64,000 nucleotides of DNA from Chloroflexota bacterium (GCA_027364875.1 DAHXON010000005.1:3976-67975), one strand, 5' to 3'; positions 8,587-18,939 are shown, numbered from the stretch's first letter. Numbers and translations are program-made. Notes: a model not told the origin generated them from the sequence alone.

Positions 8587-9497
8587 CGACCGTCTCCCGT
8601 CCTGGCGGCCCCGGCGCCCGGCAGCAGCCGGACCGTCTGGCCGCGATTCCAATAGACCACCACCGCCGAAAGCGCGAACAGCAGGAGGAATGTCAGGAGG
8701 GTCACGACCGCAAGGCGGTTGTATGAACCGGCCGTGTCCGAATAGGAGCGGATCATCTCGGCACTCCAGAGGGGGACGGTGTCGAGACTCCTGCCGATGA
8801 TCTGAGCCATGGCGAACTCGCCGAAGCTCGCCGCGAAGGAGAGCAGCCCGCCCGTCACGAGCCCGGGCGAGATGTTCGGGATCACGATCCGCCGCACGAT
8901 CTGGAACGGCGAGGCACCGCAGGCTTCCGCGGTTTCGCTCAAGCGCTCGATCCCGGCGGCAGCCATTGCCCCGTCCACCGCCCAGTAGACGAAGGGGAAG
9001 GCGATGGCGGCGTGTCCGGCGACGAGCAAGGCGAATGTGCCCTGATACTGGGGCGCAGCGATGCCCGAGAACTGCATCAGGCCGAAGGCGATGACGATGT
9101 AGGGGAGGGCGAAAGGTATGGCGGCCGCGAGCTCCACTACCGGTCGGATGTGAGGGTTGCGCACCCGCGACCAGTAGGCGGCCGGCACCACGACCGCGAT
9201 GTCGATGATCGCGGTCAAGGTCGCGAGCATGACCGACGTGGAGAAGGCGCTCTGGATGCGTGGATTCGACAGTGTCTGCTGCCACCACTCGAGCGTGTAG
9301 CCGTCGGGGAGAACGTTGGCGGTCCAACGCGTCGAGAAGGAGTAGATCAGGACGGCGACCATCGGAACGCAGAGGTAGAAGAGCGCGGCGCCGAAGAAGA
9401 GAGACTTCGCCACCCTGCTGAGAGTGGCTTCTCCGGCGCGCCGCGCTCCGAGGAGTTCAGTCGCAGGCGGACGGGAGGTGGCGGCATCTACAGCCAT
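8583..9497 (-). CDS. ABC importer permease
   Basis: 304 aa from MAVDAAT, six predicted TM segments, and an EAA-like loop (ETAEACGASPFQIVRRIVIP). Overlaps the neighbouring genes. Confidence 0.85.
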   Translation of the reverse strand: MAVDAATSRPPATELLGARRAGEATLSRVAKSLFFGAALFYLCVPMVAVLIYSFSTRWTANVLPDGYTLEWWQQTLSNPRIQSAFSTSVMLATLTAIIDIAVVVPAAYWSRVRNPHIRPVVELAAAIPFALPYIVIAFGLMQFSGIAAPQYQGTFALLVAGHAAIAFPFVYWAVDGAMAAAGIERLSETAEACGASPFQIVRRIVIPNISPGLVTGGLLSFAASFGEFAMAQIIGRSLDTVPLWSAEMIRSYSDTAGSYNRLAVVTLLTFLLLFALSAVVVYWNRGQTVRLLPGAGAARTGDGR

Positions 9498-10417
9498 CTC
9501 AGTGCCCTCCGCAGCATCGTTCGATAGAGGAGCAGCGACGTCGCCGCGAACAGGAGCAGGACCATGGCCAGGATGGCCGCGCGGCCGGGGCCGAGCAGGA
9601 CGTCGGACTGCAGCGCCGTGCCGATCTGGAGCGTGATCAAGTGGACCGCGGTCGCGCCCGACTGCCCGGCCAGGCCGTAGGCGATGCCGTATACGCCGAG
9701 GGTCCAGGTGAAGATGAGGAGCCAGCCGGCGAGAAGGAACGGCGCCAGGATCGGCGCGCCGATGCGGCGCCAGAAGATCCATCTCGTCGCCGCGGACGTC
9801 TGGGCGGCCTCCCACCAGTCGTCGCGTAGGATCGCCATGGCCGGGATCGTCAGCAGGACGAAGAGAGGAATGTTCGCGTACTCGTAGGCCACCACCAGCG
9901 CGAACATGGAACCCTGGCGCGGCGCGTCGAAGGGAATGCCGAGTCCCTGGATGACCAGGGTGAGCATCCCGACGCTCCCGATCGTGGCCATGTAGGCGAA
10001 TGCGAGGCCGATGCCCCCGAAGTTGGCCGCGACGTTCAGCAATCCGAGCCAGAACGCGCGCCGGCCCTGGAGCATCCGACTGATCAGCCACGCCAGCGGA
10101 CCGCCGATGGCCAGCGTGATGGTTGCGCACCCCGCCGCCAGGATGAGGCTAGTTTCGATGGCGTCCTGGTTGACTCGCTGGCCCAGGACCCTGGTCCAGA
10201 GATCGAGAGTCAGCCCCGACTCTCCCATGCTCGTGAACGACTGGACGACCAGCACGACCACCGGGGCGATCAGGCAGGTGGCGACCAGAAGGAGCAGCGG
10301 GATGGCCGGCAGCCAGGCCGCCAGCCATCCGCGCATTCGAGCGATGGGCGTTGGCGAGGCCGACCCGCCCTCGGATTCGAGTCCGAGCTTGACGATTGGC
10401 CTGCTCAGCGTCGCCAT
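9488..10417 (-). CDS. ABC importer permease
   Basis: 309-aa polytopic ORF with an EAA-like loop (WEAAQTSAATRWIFWRRIGAP). Same operon. Confidence 0.85.
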   Translation of the reverse strand: MATLSRPIVKLGLESEGGSASPTPIARMRGWLAAWLPAIPLLLLVATCLIAPVVVLVVQSFTSMGESGLTLDLWTRVLGQRVNQDAIETSLILAAGCATITLAIGGPLAWLISRMLQGRRAFWLGLLNVAANFGGIGLAFAYMATIGSVGMLTLVIQGLGIPFDAPRQGSMFALVVAYEYANIPLFVLLTIPAMAILRDDWWEAAQTSAATRWIFWRRIGAPILAPFLLAGWLLIFTWTLGVYGIAYGLAGQSGATAVHLITLQIGTALQSDVLLGPGRAAILAMVLLLFAATSLLLYRTMLRRALRWL

Positions 10418-10423
10418 CTTCGA

Positions 10424-11521
10424 TCAGCCGCCCGCCCCGACCTGGTTCTGCCAGATGTCGGCGATCTTGGTGATGTCGATCTTGGTCGTATCGATGGTCT
10501 TGACCTGGGTGTACTGGGAGTCCGGCAGCCAGAGCGTCTTGGCGCTGTCGGGCAGCGTCAGGTCGCCCATGACGTAGCGGATTGGCCGGGCGCCGAACTT
10601 GGCGAAGATCTCCTGGCCTTTGTCGGATAGGACCCAGTCCATGAACATGTTGCCGAATTGGGCGTGGGCCGTGTCGTACTTGTTCTCGATGATCGCCGAG
10701 GGGGCGTAGATCGAGCCGTCGCTGGGGATCACGACCTGGGCATTGACCTTGCCCTTCTCCTGGTTCGCCAGCGCGATCAGGTTGAAGTCGTATTTGATCT
10801 GGATCGGGACGTCGCCCTTTTCGAACTGGTCCGCGTTGCCTTCCGGAACGCCCTGGATGTTGGGCAGGAGCGCCTTGGCATAGGCGATGCCCTTGGTGTA
10901 GTCGTCGAGGGTGCCGCCGGCGGCGAGGTTCATCGCCACGAAGGCCATGGTGGCCGTGCCCGAAGAGCCGGGCTTGCCGAAGCCCACCAGACCCTTGTAG
11001 TCGGGCTTGGCGAGGTCAGCCCACGAGGTGGGCACGGCGATGTTCTTGGACTTCAAGAAGTCTGTGTTCACGACGAAGCCCGGGACTCCGACGAACGTGG
11101 CTTCCCAGCCGCCGTTCTTGCCGTAGAGTCCCGGACCGAGGCTGCCGAGCTTGGCGGCCGCGGGCGAGACGTAGCTCGACAGCACGCCCTTCTGCTCGGC
11201 CTGGCCGGCGAAGAGGATGCCGATGTCCGCCAGGATGGCCTTGGGGTTGTTCTTCTCGGAGTCGAAGGCCGCAATCTCTTCGGCGGAGGACATGTCCTCG
11301 CCCTGCGAGCGATCCTTGTTGCAGGTGAAGCTGTTGGTCGAGCAGAAGGTCGAGAACTCCTCGCCGTAGTTCGCCCAGGAGTCCGGCGCGCCATAAGTCG
11401 CGAAGCTCTTGGCTTGATCGGCCGGATTCGCCGAAGGCGCGGCCGCTGCCGCTGAACAGGCCGCCACCAGTACAGCCACCGCGGCCAGACCCAGGCCGCG
11501 CCTCAATGGAACTCTCATCAC
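10424..11521 (-). CDS. ABC importer substrate-binding lipoprotein; 2-aminoethylphosphonate is plausible from context
   Basis: 365 aa. Signal peptide with lipobox LVAAC. First gene of the SBP-permease-permease-ATPase operon that is divergent/adjacent to phnWX. Confidence 0.8.
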   Translation of the reverse strand: MMRVPLRRGLGLAAVAVLVAACSAAAAAPSANPADQAKSFATYGAPDSWANYGEEFSTFCSTNSFTCNKDRSQGEDMSSAEEIAAFDSEKNNPKAILADIGILFAGQAEQKGVLSSYVSPAAAKLGSLGPGLYGKNGGWEATFVGVPGFVVNTDFLKSKNIAVPTSWADLAKPDYKGLVGFGKPGSSGTATMAFVAMNLAAGGTLDDYTKGIAYAKALLPNIQGVPEGNADQFEKGDVPIQIKYDFNLIALANQEKGKVNAQVVIPSDGSIYAPSAIIENKYDTAHAQFGNMFMDWVLSDKGQEIFAKFGARPIRYVMGDLTLPDSAKTLWLPDSQYTQVKTIDTTKIDITKIADIWQNQVGAGG

Positions 11522-11623
11522 CTTTCCAGATCCTCCTATCCAGTCCGGACCGCTCTGGCCTCCTCCTCCCAGACAAGGCCCGCGGGGCCGCGCAGCGGCC
11601 TGATCGAATCTGGTGACGAGCGA

Positions 11624-11673
11624 TTAACGACGGGAGCGGGCCTCGTTAACGCCGTCCGCGCGGATCGTTAGCG
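11624..11673. promoter_or_regulatory. Candidate Pho-box array: TTAACG, TTAACG, TTAGCG at exact 22-nt spacing upstream of the SBP operon
   Basis: Hexamers start at 11624, 11646 and 11668, which is 103-152 nt upstream of the start codon at 11521. Confidence 0.5.
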
Positions 11674-11876
11674 TTTCCCGAAGATGCGGTCCTGGCGGGG
11701 ACCTGGGTCTGAAGCCGGGGAGCGGGGGTGATTCGGCACGGGCGCCGCGAGTCCTGCGCGCCGGAAGGGGCCACGGCCGCGCCTGGAGGAACCACAACTC
11801 GCGCGAGGCGCGTCGCCACAGCTGCCCGGAACAGCCCTCCCGTCCCGGAGCAGTTCGCTCGCAAGCTGGCGGAACC

Positions 11877-12692
11877 CTACGGGTTCAGGTCCTCGACCTC
11901 GCCCGTGGCAAGGAAGACCACGTCCTCGGCGATGTTCGTGACGCGATCGCCGATCCGCTCGAGGTAGTGGGCGGCGAAGAGAATCCTCGTGCCCGGGTCG
12001 ACGCGGCCCGGGTCCGAACGCATCTCCTCGAGGACGTCGGCGAAGGTCTTGTGGTACAGCCGGTCGATCTCGTCGTCGCGCTCGGCCACGGCGCGGGCCT
12101 TTTCCTGGTCGATGTCCACGAGGGCCATGACGACGTCGCGGACCTGCCGGGCGGCGAGCTGGGCCATCGGCGTCAGCTCGTCGTACGTCACCATCGTGGT
12201 TACGCCGGCGAGCTTGCGAGCCTGCTTGGCCACCGACCCCGCATGGTCGCCCATGCGCTCTAGCTCGTATGTGACCCGGTCCAGGGCCAGCAGGAACCGC
12301 AGGTCCCGCGCCACCGGCGCTTGAGTGGCTATGGTCATGGCCACGATCGCGGAAACGGCTCGCTGGACCTCGTTGATGCGGTAGTCCGAGGCGATCACCT
12401 TCTCGGCCAGCGCGGCGTCGCGATGGATGAGCGCGTCGAGGGCGGCGAGGATCTGCTCCTCCACGAGGCTGCCCATACGCAGGACGCCGTCCTTGACGTC
12501 CCGCATCTCGGAATCGAGACTTTCGCGCATACGACGCGCATTCTGCGCCGCCCGAGCGAGTTGTTCCGAGACTTCGTGTCGCGCCTGGCCGCCGTCGGAC
12601 CCGCCGTGGCCTGCGGAATTGTCCATAACCGGCAGGATCGCGGGTTCGGGGTGAGAGTTCACAGTCGACTCCTCGTCCTTCGCCGAGCTCAT
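11877..12692 (-). CDS. phoU: Phosphate signalling complex protein PhoU (with ~50-aa N-terminal extension)
   Basis: 271 aa with two PhoU repeats ([23 protein letters not shown]; [20 protein letters not shown]). The ATG at 12692 overlaps the pstB stop (ATGA), which supports the long form. Confidence 0.9.
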   Translation of the reverse strand: MSSAKDEESTVNSHPEPAILPVMDNSAGHGGSDGGQARHEVSEQLARAAQNARRMRESLDSEMRDVKDGVLRMGSLVEEQILAALDALIHRDAALAEKVIASDYRINEVQRAVSAIVAMTIATQAPVARDLRFLLALDRVTYELERMGDHAGSVAKQARKLAGVTTMVTYDELTPMAQLAARQVRDVVMALVDIDQEKARAVAERDDEIDRLYHKTFADVLEEMRSDPGRVDPGTRILFAAHYLERIGDRVTNIAEDVVFLATGEVEDLNP

Positions 12693-13570
12693 CCGAAGCG
12701 TCCGGAGATGTAGTCCTCGGTCAGCCGTTCGGCCGGCCGGGTGAAGATGCGGCCCGTCGGACCCATTTCCACGAGGTAGCCGGCCCGATCCTCGGCCATG
12801 GTGAAGAAGGCCGTCACGTCGCTCACTCGAGCCGCCTGCTGCATGTTGTGGGTGACGATCACGATGGTGTAGTTCTCCCGGAGCTCGCGCATGAGCTCTT
12901 CGATCCGCAGGGTGGATACCGGGTCGAGAGCCGATGCCGGCTCGTCCATCAGGATCACTTCCGGATCGGTCGCGAGGACTCGGGCGATGCAGAGGCGCTG
13001 CTGCTGGCCGCCCGAGAGGGCCAGGCCGGACTTGCGGCGCAGATCGTCCTTGACCTCGTCCCAGAGGGCCGCTCGCTTCAGGCTCGTCTCCACCAGCTCG
13101 TCGAGCTGGGCGCGGCTATTCATTCCCCGCCGGCGCGGCCCGTAGGCGACGTTCTCGTAGATGGACATGGGGAACGGGTTGGGACGCTGGAAGACCATTC
13201 CCACCCGCCGCCGCAGTTCCACGACGCTCACGCCGGCGTCCCCGATGTCCTCGCCGTCGAGGCAGACTTCGCCCTCCACCGTCGCGCCCGGGATGAGGTC
13301 GTTCATCCGGTTGAAGCAGCGCAGGAACGTGCTCTTGCCGCTTCCGGACGGGCCGATGAGGGCCAGGATCGACCGCTCGCGGATCTCGAGGGAGACGTCG
13401 CGAACGGCGGTCTTGCCGCTGTACTTGACCGAGACGTGCTCGGTCGAGATCTTGAGATCCGCCGGGGCCGTGGCCGCCTGTTCGGCGACAATCGAGGAGC
13501 CGACTTCGACCCGCCGGATCACGGGCTGGGGGAAAGTGGCTGTCGTGGGCATTTCGTCTCCGATATTCAT
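12689..13570 (-). CDS. pstB: Phosphate ABC transporter ATP-binding protein
   Basis: 293 aa from MNIGDEM. Motifs: [46 protein letters not shown] overlap with pstA. Confidence 0.95.
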   Translation of the reverse strand: MNIGDEMPTTATFPQPVIRRVEVGSSIVAEQAATAPADLKISTEHVSVKYSGKTAVRDVSLEIRERSILALIGPSGSGKSTFLRCFNRMNDLIPGATVEGEVCLDGEDIGDAGVSVVELRRRVGMVFQRPNPFPMSIYENVAYGPRRRGMNSRAQLDELVETSLKRAALWDEVKDDLRRKSGLALSGGQQQRLCIARVLATDPEVILMDEPASALDPVSTLRIEELMRELRENYTIVIVTHNMQQAARVSDVTAFFTMAEDRAGYLVEMGPTGRIFTRPAERLTEDYISGRFG

Positions 13571-14529
13571 GCTGCCGTCAGCTTTCGGGTAAGAACCCGG
13601 CCCACGGCGCGGGCTCCGAGGTTGAAGATCAGGACCATGCCGATGAGGATCGCCGCGGATCCGTCGGCGAGCTGGTTCTTGAATGCTCCAAGTCCCTCGG
13701 AGTTGAGCTTCCAGATGTAGACCGAAAGGGTCGTTGCCGGCCGCAGGGGACTCCACGGCGAGGTGTGCCACCAGCCCGAGTTGAAATCGAGGCCGAAGCC
13801 GTTGAAGTTGGCGAAGTCGTAGTGGACGGGCGTTCCGATGCCCGCCGTGAAGAGGAGGACCGCCGCCTCGCCGAACACGCGGCCGGCGGTGAGGATCACC
13901 CCCGTCACCAGGCCGGGGATGGCCAGGGGCAGGACGACGTGCCGGATCGTCTGCCACTTCGTGGCGCCAAGGGCCAGGCTCGCCTGTCTCTCGTCCTGTG
14001 GCACCGCTCGCAGGGCCTGCTCGGACAGCCGCGTCATCAACGGCAGGTTGAAGAGCGTGAGCGCGAACGCGCCGCCCAGCGCCGTGAAGCCCCAGCGGAA
14101 CGTGTCGACGAAGAGGATCAGCCCGAACAGGCCGACCACGATCGACGGAACCGAGCTGATGGCCTCCTCGGCGAAACGGATCGCGCTGGTCACCAGGCCG
14201 AGCGGGCCGGTCTCCCGTGCGTACTCCGACATGTAGATGCCGCCCAGGATGCCGACCGGGACCGCGATGAGCATGGTCAGGGCGAGCATGTAGATCGAGT
14301 TCCAGAACACCGGGAAGACGCCGCCCAGAGCCGTGTCGGACGGATCGCCGAAGATGAACCCGAGCGAAACCACTCCCCAGGCCGCCAGGGCGAAGTGGAG
14401 GATGATCGTGCCGAGCAGCAGCAGAACGAAGGCGGCGGTCCCCCAGAGGACGATCGTCGCCGCCCGATCCGCCACGATTGCTCGCGAGGTTCGGCGGTGG
14501 AGCGAGGCAGGGGAGTGATTTGCCGTCAC
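13567..14529 (-). CDS. pstA: Phosphate ABC transporter permease PstA
   Basis: Polytopic, with an EAA loop ([19 protein letters not shown]). The GTG at 14529 overlaps the pstC stop (GTGA). The ORF-track start at 14613 would overlap pstC by 88 nt. Confidence 0.88.
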   Translation of the reverse strand: MTANHSPASLHRRTSRAIVADRAATIVLWGTAAFVLLLLGTIILHFALAAWGVVSLGFIFGDPSDTALGGVFPVFWNSIYMLALTMLIAVPVGILGGIYMSEYARETGPLGLVTSAIRFAEEAISSVPSIVVGLFGLILFVDTFRWGFTALGGAFALTLFNLPLMTRLSEQALRAVPQDERQASLALGATKWQTIRHVVLPLAIPGLVTGVILTAGRVFGEAAVLLFTAGIGTPVHYDFANFNGFGLDFNSGWWHTSPWSPLRPATTLSVYIWKLNSEGLGAFKNQLADGSAAILIGMVLIFNLGARAVGRVLTRKLTAA

Positions 14530-15503
14530 AGTGGCATCCTCCGCTTGTTGATCAGCCGGACCAGCACGACCGACGCGATGGAGAGGACAAGCAGCACCAG
14601 GCTCATCGTCCACAGCGCGTCCTGCCAGGGCTCGCCGAAGACCGTGTTGCCCATGTCGAGGGTGATCTGCGAGGTCAGCGTCGTGACCGGCTGGGTGATG
14701 GCGGCAGGCAGCGTCGGCGAGTTGCCGATGACCATCTGAACCGCCAGCGCTTCGCCCGCGGCGCGGGTCATGCCCAGGACCACCGCGGTCAGTATCCCGG
14801 GCAGCGCGGCCGGGATCAGGATGTGTCGAATGGTCTGCCAGCGCGTGGTGCCGAGAGCCAGGGAGCCCGTGCGAAGCTCCTGGGGGACGGCTCGGAACGA
14901 GTCATACGAGACGCTCGTGATCGTCGGCAGGATCATGACCGAGAGGACGAGCGATCCGGCCAGCCACGAGAAGCCGGTCAGGAACCCGGGCATGCTGAAC
15001 ACCTTCCCGACCACCGGCAGCGAGACGACGAGCGGACCGCTGAAGGTGTCGGACAGGAAGGGCACCAGGGTGGTCAGGCCGAGCCAGCCCCACACCACGC
15101 TCGGGATCCCGACGAATATCTCGAGAGCCGGCTGGACGACGGAACGGGCCCAGTTGGGGGCCACCTCGGAGAGGAACGCCGCCAGACCCACCGACAGCGG
15201 GGTGGAAATGAGAAGAGCCCCCGCCGTCACGACGAGGGTGCCCGCGATGAACGGCAGGAGCCCGAAGGCCGGCGTATTGGCCAGCGGATCCCACGTGGGC
15301 GACAGGATCGTCCCGGGCGAGTAGCCGTCCTTCACGAACAGCTGAATGCCCTGCCACGAGATGAAGAGCAGCAGCAGGACGACGATGGCGATCATGGAGG
15401 CGGCCGCCATGAAAACGACGATCATCGGAACGTCGATCCTGGCGAGCCTGCCGGTTTCGACCTTGAGGGTTGAGGGGCGATCGGCTGCTATCAATCGAGC
15501 CAT
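14526..15503 (-). CDS. pstC: Phosphate ABC transporter permease PstC
   Basis: 325-aa polytopic ORF with an EAA loop ([24 protein letters not shown]). Confidence 0.9.
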   Translation of the reverse strand: MARLIAADRPSTLKVETGRLARIDVPMIVVFMAAASMIAIVVLLLLFISWQGIQLFVKDGYSPGTILSPTWDPLANTPAFGLLPFIAGTLVVTAGALLISTPLSVGLAAFLSEVAPNWARSVVQPALEIFVGIPSVVWGWLGLTTLVPFLSDTFSGPLVVSLPVVGKVFSMPGFLTGFSWLAGSLVLSVMILPTITSVSYDSFRAVPQELRTGSLALGTTRWQTIRHILIPAALPGILTAVVLGMTRAAGEALAVQMVIGNSPTLPAAITQPVTTLTSQITLDMGNTVFGEPWQDALWTMSLVLLVLSIASVVLVRLINKRRMPL

Positions 15504-15607
15504 CTGGGGCTCCCTGGGCGAGTCAAGGGCGGGACCTCAGCTCTGGAGAAAGGGGAAACTCCGGGCCCCGCTCGACACGACAGGGCCCGGAGTGAGATGG
15601 GTTCGAA

Positions 15608-16597
15608 CTACTTGACCGGGACGACCGGGGCGTAGGAGAGGCTTGGGATGATCGTGCCCTGGACCTCGGGGCCCATCAGGTAGGCCAGGAAGGCATCGGT
15701 GAGGCTGCCCGGCGCGGGCGTGCCAAGGGTGTACAGGTTGCCGTCCGCGGAGAGCTTGTAGGTCCCCGCGGTCATGTTCGCGAGAGTCGCGTCCACGCCG
15801 TCGAGCTGCAGTCCGTTGAGCAGCGGCTTGTTGGATGGATCGTTGTAGTAGGCGAAGCCGATCACGCTCGTGGAGCCGTTCGTCTTGGTCACGGCCGTCG
15901 TGACCGCGCCGTTCGAGTCCTCGGTCAGCGTCTGGCCACCGGTGGCCTCCGTCGCGCCGTGGAGCACGACCGACTTGAAGGTGGCGCGGGTGCCGGACGA
16001 CTGCGGGCGGAAGATCAGCACGATCGGCATGTCGGGACCGCCGACGTCCTTCCAGTTGGTGATCTTGCCCGTCCAGATGTCGGTGGCCTTCTGGGTCGTG
16101 AGGTTCGTCACGCCGGTGACGTCCTTGTTGGTGACCATGATCCAGCCCTGCTTGGCGATGACATGGTCGACCAGCTTCGCGGCGTCCGCGGCCGGGAGCT
16201 TCGTTTCAGCCTTGACGTCCGACTCGCCGATCTGCACCGCGCCCTGGGCGACCTGGCTCAGGCCGGTGCCGGATCCGCCGCCGTTCACCGTGATGGTGGC
16301 GCCGGGGCATTCCTTCACGTACTGCTTGCCGGCCGCGTCGATGAGCGGCTGAAGGGCCGTCGAGCCGGAAGTAGTGATGGATCCGCTCACGCACTGAGGA
16401 GTGGCGGCGGGAGTGGGCGTCGAGGCCGTGGACGTCGAGGCCGTCGAGGCCGCGGGCGTGTCGGTCATGGCTGCCGGTGTCGGCGTGGCAGTCGGGGCCG
16501 GCGTCGGGGTTGGGCTGGCACCGGCGGACGAACAGGCCGCAGCTACCAGCGTGGCTGCGAGTGCGAGTGCGCCAATTCGTCGGTATCCGTTGATCAC
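15608..16597 (-). CDS. pstS: Phosphate-binding lipoprotein PstS
   Basis: 329 aa. Lipobox LVAAAC, a long Thr/Pro/Ala linker, then PstS-like motifs GSTALQPL and GGGSGTG. First gene of pstSCAB-phoU. Confidence 0.9.
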   Translation of the reverse strand: MINGYRRIGALALAATLVAAACSSAGASPTPTPAPTATPTPAAMTDTPAASTASTSTASTPTPAATPQCVSGSITTSGSTALQPLIDAAGKQYVKECPGATITVNGGGSGTGLSQVAQGAVQIGESDVKAETKLPAADAAKLVDHVIAKQGWIMVTNKDVTGVTNLTTQKATDIWTGKITNWKDVGGPDMPIVLIFRPQSSGTRATFKSVVLHGATEATGGQTLTEDSNGAVTTAVTKTNGSTSVIGFAYYNDPSNKPLLNGLQLDGVDATLANMTAGTYKLSADGNLYTLGTPAPGSLTDAFLAYLMGPEVQGTIIPSLSYAPVVPVK

Positions 16598-16672
16598 TGT
16601 CTCTCCTCTTGGGCTGGCTACGTCCGGGCGAATCCCGTTCAGATGTCCAGCTGCGAGGTTGGGAGACCGCGC

Positions 16673-16700
16673 TTAACGGCTGTTTGCCGGTTTGTTAACG
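16673..16700. promoter_or_regulatory. Candidate Pho-box: TTAACG N16 TTAACG (22-nt start-to-start) upstream of pstS
   Basis: Hexamers at 16673 and 16695, with a weaker TTGCCG unit at the 11-nt midpoint. They lie 76-103 nt upstream of the pstS start. Confidence 0.5.
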
Positions 16701-16784
16701 ATTGGGCCGGGAGCCCACCGGCTCATGGCGCGCAACGAGACGGCGGACGGCGATCCGGGGGAAGGGGAGATGACCGCTCGTGAT

Positions 16785-16800
16785 GGGGCCCCCGGGCCCC
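16785..16800 (-). terminator. GC hairpin (GGGGCC-CCCG-GGCCCC) just after the DUF47 stop
   Basis: Perfect 6-bp stem 5 nt downstream of the stop at 16806. No U-tract. Confidence 0.3.
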
Positions 16801-16805
16801 GACCC

Positions 16806-17435
16806 CTAGGCGTGCTTGACGACGATCCGCTCGATGATGTGAGCCACGTCTTCGCACTTGTCGATCGTGTCCTCGAGGAGGGTGTAGATGTCCTTCCACT
16901 TGAGGACTTCGATCGTCTTCACGCTGTCGTCGAACAGACCCGCGATGGCCTGGCGGGCGATCTTGTCGCCATCGCCCTCGAGCCGGTAGACCTCGCGGAG
17001 GTACTTGTCCAGATCCTTGAAGCCGCGCAGGTTGGTCAGGGCCTCATGGACGATCTCGCAGCACTGGACGACGAGGGCCGCCTGCTTCACGGACGTCTTG
17101 GTGGGCGACGAGATGTTGTAGAGGACGAACGTGTCCGCGACCTGCTCGATGAGGTCCAGGATGTCGTCCAGCCCGCCGATGAGGGCGTGGATCTCCTCGC
17201 GGTCGAAGGGGGTTACGAAGGACGACTCGAGCCGGCGGCCGATGTTCCGGCTGATTTCGTCGCCCTTGCTCTCGGTCTCCCGGATCCGCTTGGCGGACTT
17301 GTCCGGGTTGTCGTAGGTGCGCAGCATCGTCTCGAGCTGGCGAGCCCCGTCGAGGACGTTGGCCGCCTCCTCCACGAACAGGTCGAAGAAGCGCTCCTCG
17401 CGCGGTATCAGTCGAAACGACGGCACTTTTTCCAT
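16806..17435 (-). CDS. DUF47 / PhoU_div family protein (the usual PiT accessory, YkaA-like)
   Basis: 209 aa. N-terminus FRLIPREERFFDLF and central ESKGDEISRNI...PFDREEIHALIGGLDDILD are typical of TIGR00153-type proteins. Confidence 0.88.
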   Translation of the reverse strand: MEKVPSFRLIPREERFFDLFVEEAANVLDGARQLETMLRTYDNPDKSAKRIRETESKGDEISRNIGRRLESSFVTPFDREEIHALIGGLDDILDLIEQVADTFVLYNISSPTKTSVKQAALVVQCCEIVHEALTNLRGFKDLDKYLREVYRLEGDGDKIARQAIAGLFDDSVKTIEVLKWKDIYTLLEDTIDKCEDVAHIIERIVVKHA

Positions 17436-17613
17436 CCTCCGGAAAGGGCCGGGAGCGGTTGTCGAGCCTGCCGGATGCTCCGGCCGGTCCGCGGGACCCT
17501 TCGATCGACCAGTGGCGCACGCGGTGCGCCGACGGTACCCCGATAGGGTAGCGTCCGGCGGCCCGGCATGTCATCGAAACCCAGGCGCCGAGCCGAACTG
17601 GCCCGCGTATGCC

Positions 17614-18939
17614 ATGCTCGCAGGCATGGATGCGCCCGAGCTCCTCTTCATCGCGGTCCTCGCGATGCTGCTCGGTTGGATAGGCGCTGCGGCGATCAGC
17701 CGCGGGCGCACGATCGAGCGGCTCCAGGACACCACGGGCGCCTCGAACGCCGAGGATGTCGAACGCAAGGTTCGGCTGACCATCGAGGAGGCCGAGGACG
17801 CTCGCTGGAACGCGGCGCAGACGGCCCAGGACACTCACTACCTGACCGAGCTGCTGACCGCGGGCGTCGTCCGCCTACGCGACGATCTGACGGTCGAGTA
17901 CGCCAACAGCGCCGCCCACGTGATGCTCGACCGGCGGCCGGGGGCTATGGTGGGCCGCTCGGCCCTCGAGGCCTTCGTGGACGCCCGAGTCGAGGACATC
18001 GCCCGGACCTCCATGGAGCTCGGGTCGGCCAACGGCGAGCTGACCGTCCGCTCGAGCGCCGCGGCCACGATCACAGTTCGGGCCCGCCGCTCGCCGGTCT
18101 CGGGCGTCTGGCTGGTGATGGAGGACGTCTCCGAGCTGCGGCGGCTCCAGCGCATCAGGGCCGAGTTCATCGACAACCTGTCCCACGAGCTCCGGACGCC
18201 GCTCTCCACGATCAGCCTGCTCGCCGAAACGGCTGCCCGCGATGCCGAGACGGCTCCGCCGCGGCTTCGGGACCGCATCGCCAAGATCGAAGTCGAGACC
18301 GGCCACCTGACTCAGATGGTCAACGAATTGCTCGACCTGTCGCGCATCGAGAGCGGGACCGCTCAGCTGCTCCTCGACGACGTGGACCTGGTCCGGGTCG
18401 TCCAGATGACCGTTGAGCGGCTGCGTCTCTTTGCCGAACGCCAGGGTCTGCGCATCGTCCTCGAGCTTCCGGAATCCGTGTCGAGGGTTCGCGGGGACGA
18501 GGATCGGCTGGGCCAGGTGCTGATCAATCTGCTCCACAACGCCGTCAAGTTCAGCCCCAACGGCGGCGACGTCGTGGTGGGCATTCGGGAATCCGAGACG
18601 AACGGCAAGGGCGAGGCGGTCGTCTGGGTCCGCGACCCGGGCATCGGCGTGGCGCGGGCCGACCTCGACCGCATCTTCGAGCGCTTCTACAAGGCGGACC
18701 GTGCCCGCGTCCGTGGCCGCGGCGGGACGGGCTTGGGCCTCTCGATCGCCCGCCACGTCGTCGAGTCGCACGGCGGCCGGATCTGGGCCGAATCCGTCGA
18801 AGGCGCCGGATCGACCTTCTCGTTCGCGATACCCACGATCGCGCGACCGGCCGGAACAGCGCCCGAGGACGGCCGCGGTCCGGGCCGCCGGGCGAGCCGG
18901 CGGGACGTTCCTCCGGTAGGGACTTCGGGCCGGGACTAG
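17614..18939 (+). CDS. Sensor histidine kinase, SenX3/PhoR-like (1 TM, PAS, HisKA, HATPase)
   Basis: Starts at MLAGMDAPELL (an alternative ATG is at 17626). H-box SHELRTPLSTI, N-box LLHNAVKFSP, G-boxes RDPGIGV and GGTGLGLSIA. The ORF-track start at 17317 overlaps the DUF47 gene. Confidence 0.85.
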   Translation: MLAGMDAPELLFIAVLAMLLGWIGAAAISRGRTIERLQDTTGASNAEDVERKVRLTIEEAEDARWNAAQTAQDTHYLTELLTAGVVRLRDDLTVEYANSAAHVMLDRRPGAMVGRSALEAFVDARVEDIARTSMELGSANGELTVRSSAAATITVRARRSPVSGVWLVMEDVSELRRLQRIRAEFIDNLSHELRTPLSTISLLAETAARDAETAPPRLRDRIAKIEVETGHLTQMVNELLDLSRIESGTAQLLLDDVDLVRVVQMTVERLRLFAERQGLRIVLELPESVSRVRGDEDRLGQVLINLLHNAVKFSPNGGDVVVGIRESETNGKGEAVVWVRDPGIGVARADLDRIFERFYKADRARVRGRGGTGLGLSIARHVVESHGGRIWAESVEGAGSTFSFAIPTIARPAGTAPEDGRGPGRRASRRDVPPVGTSGRD

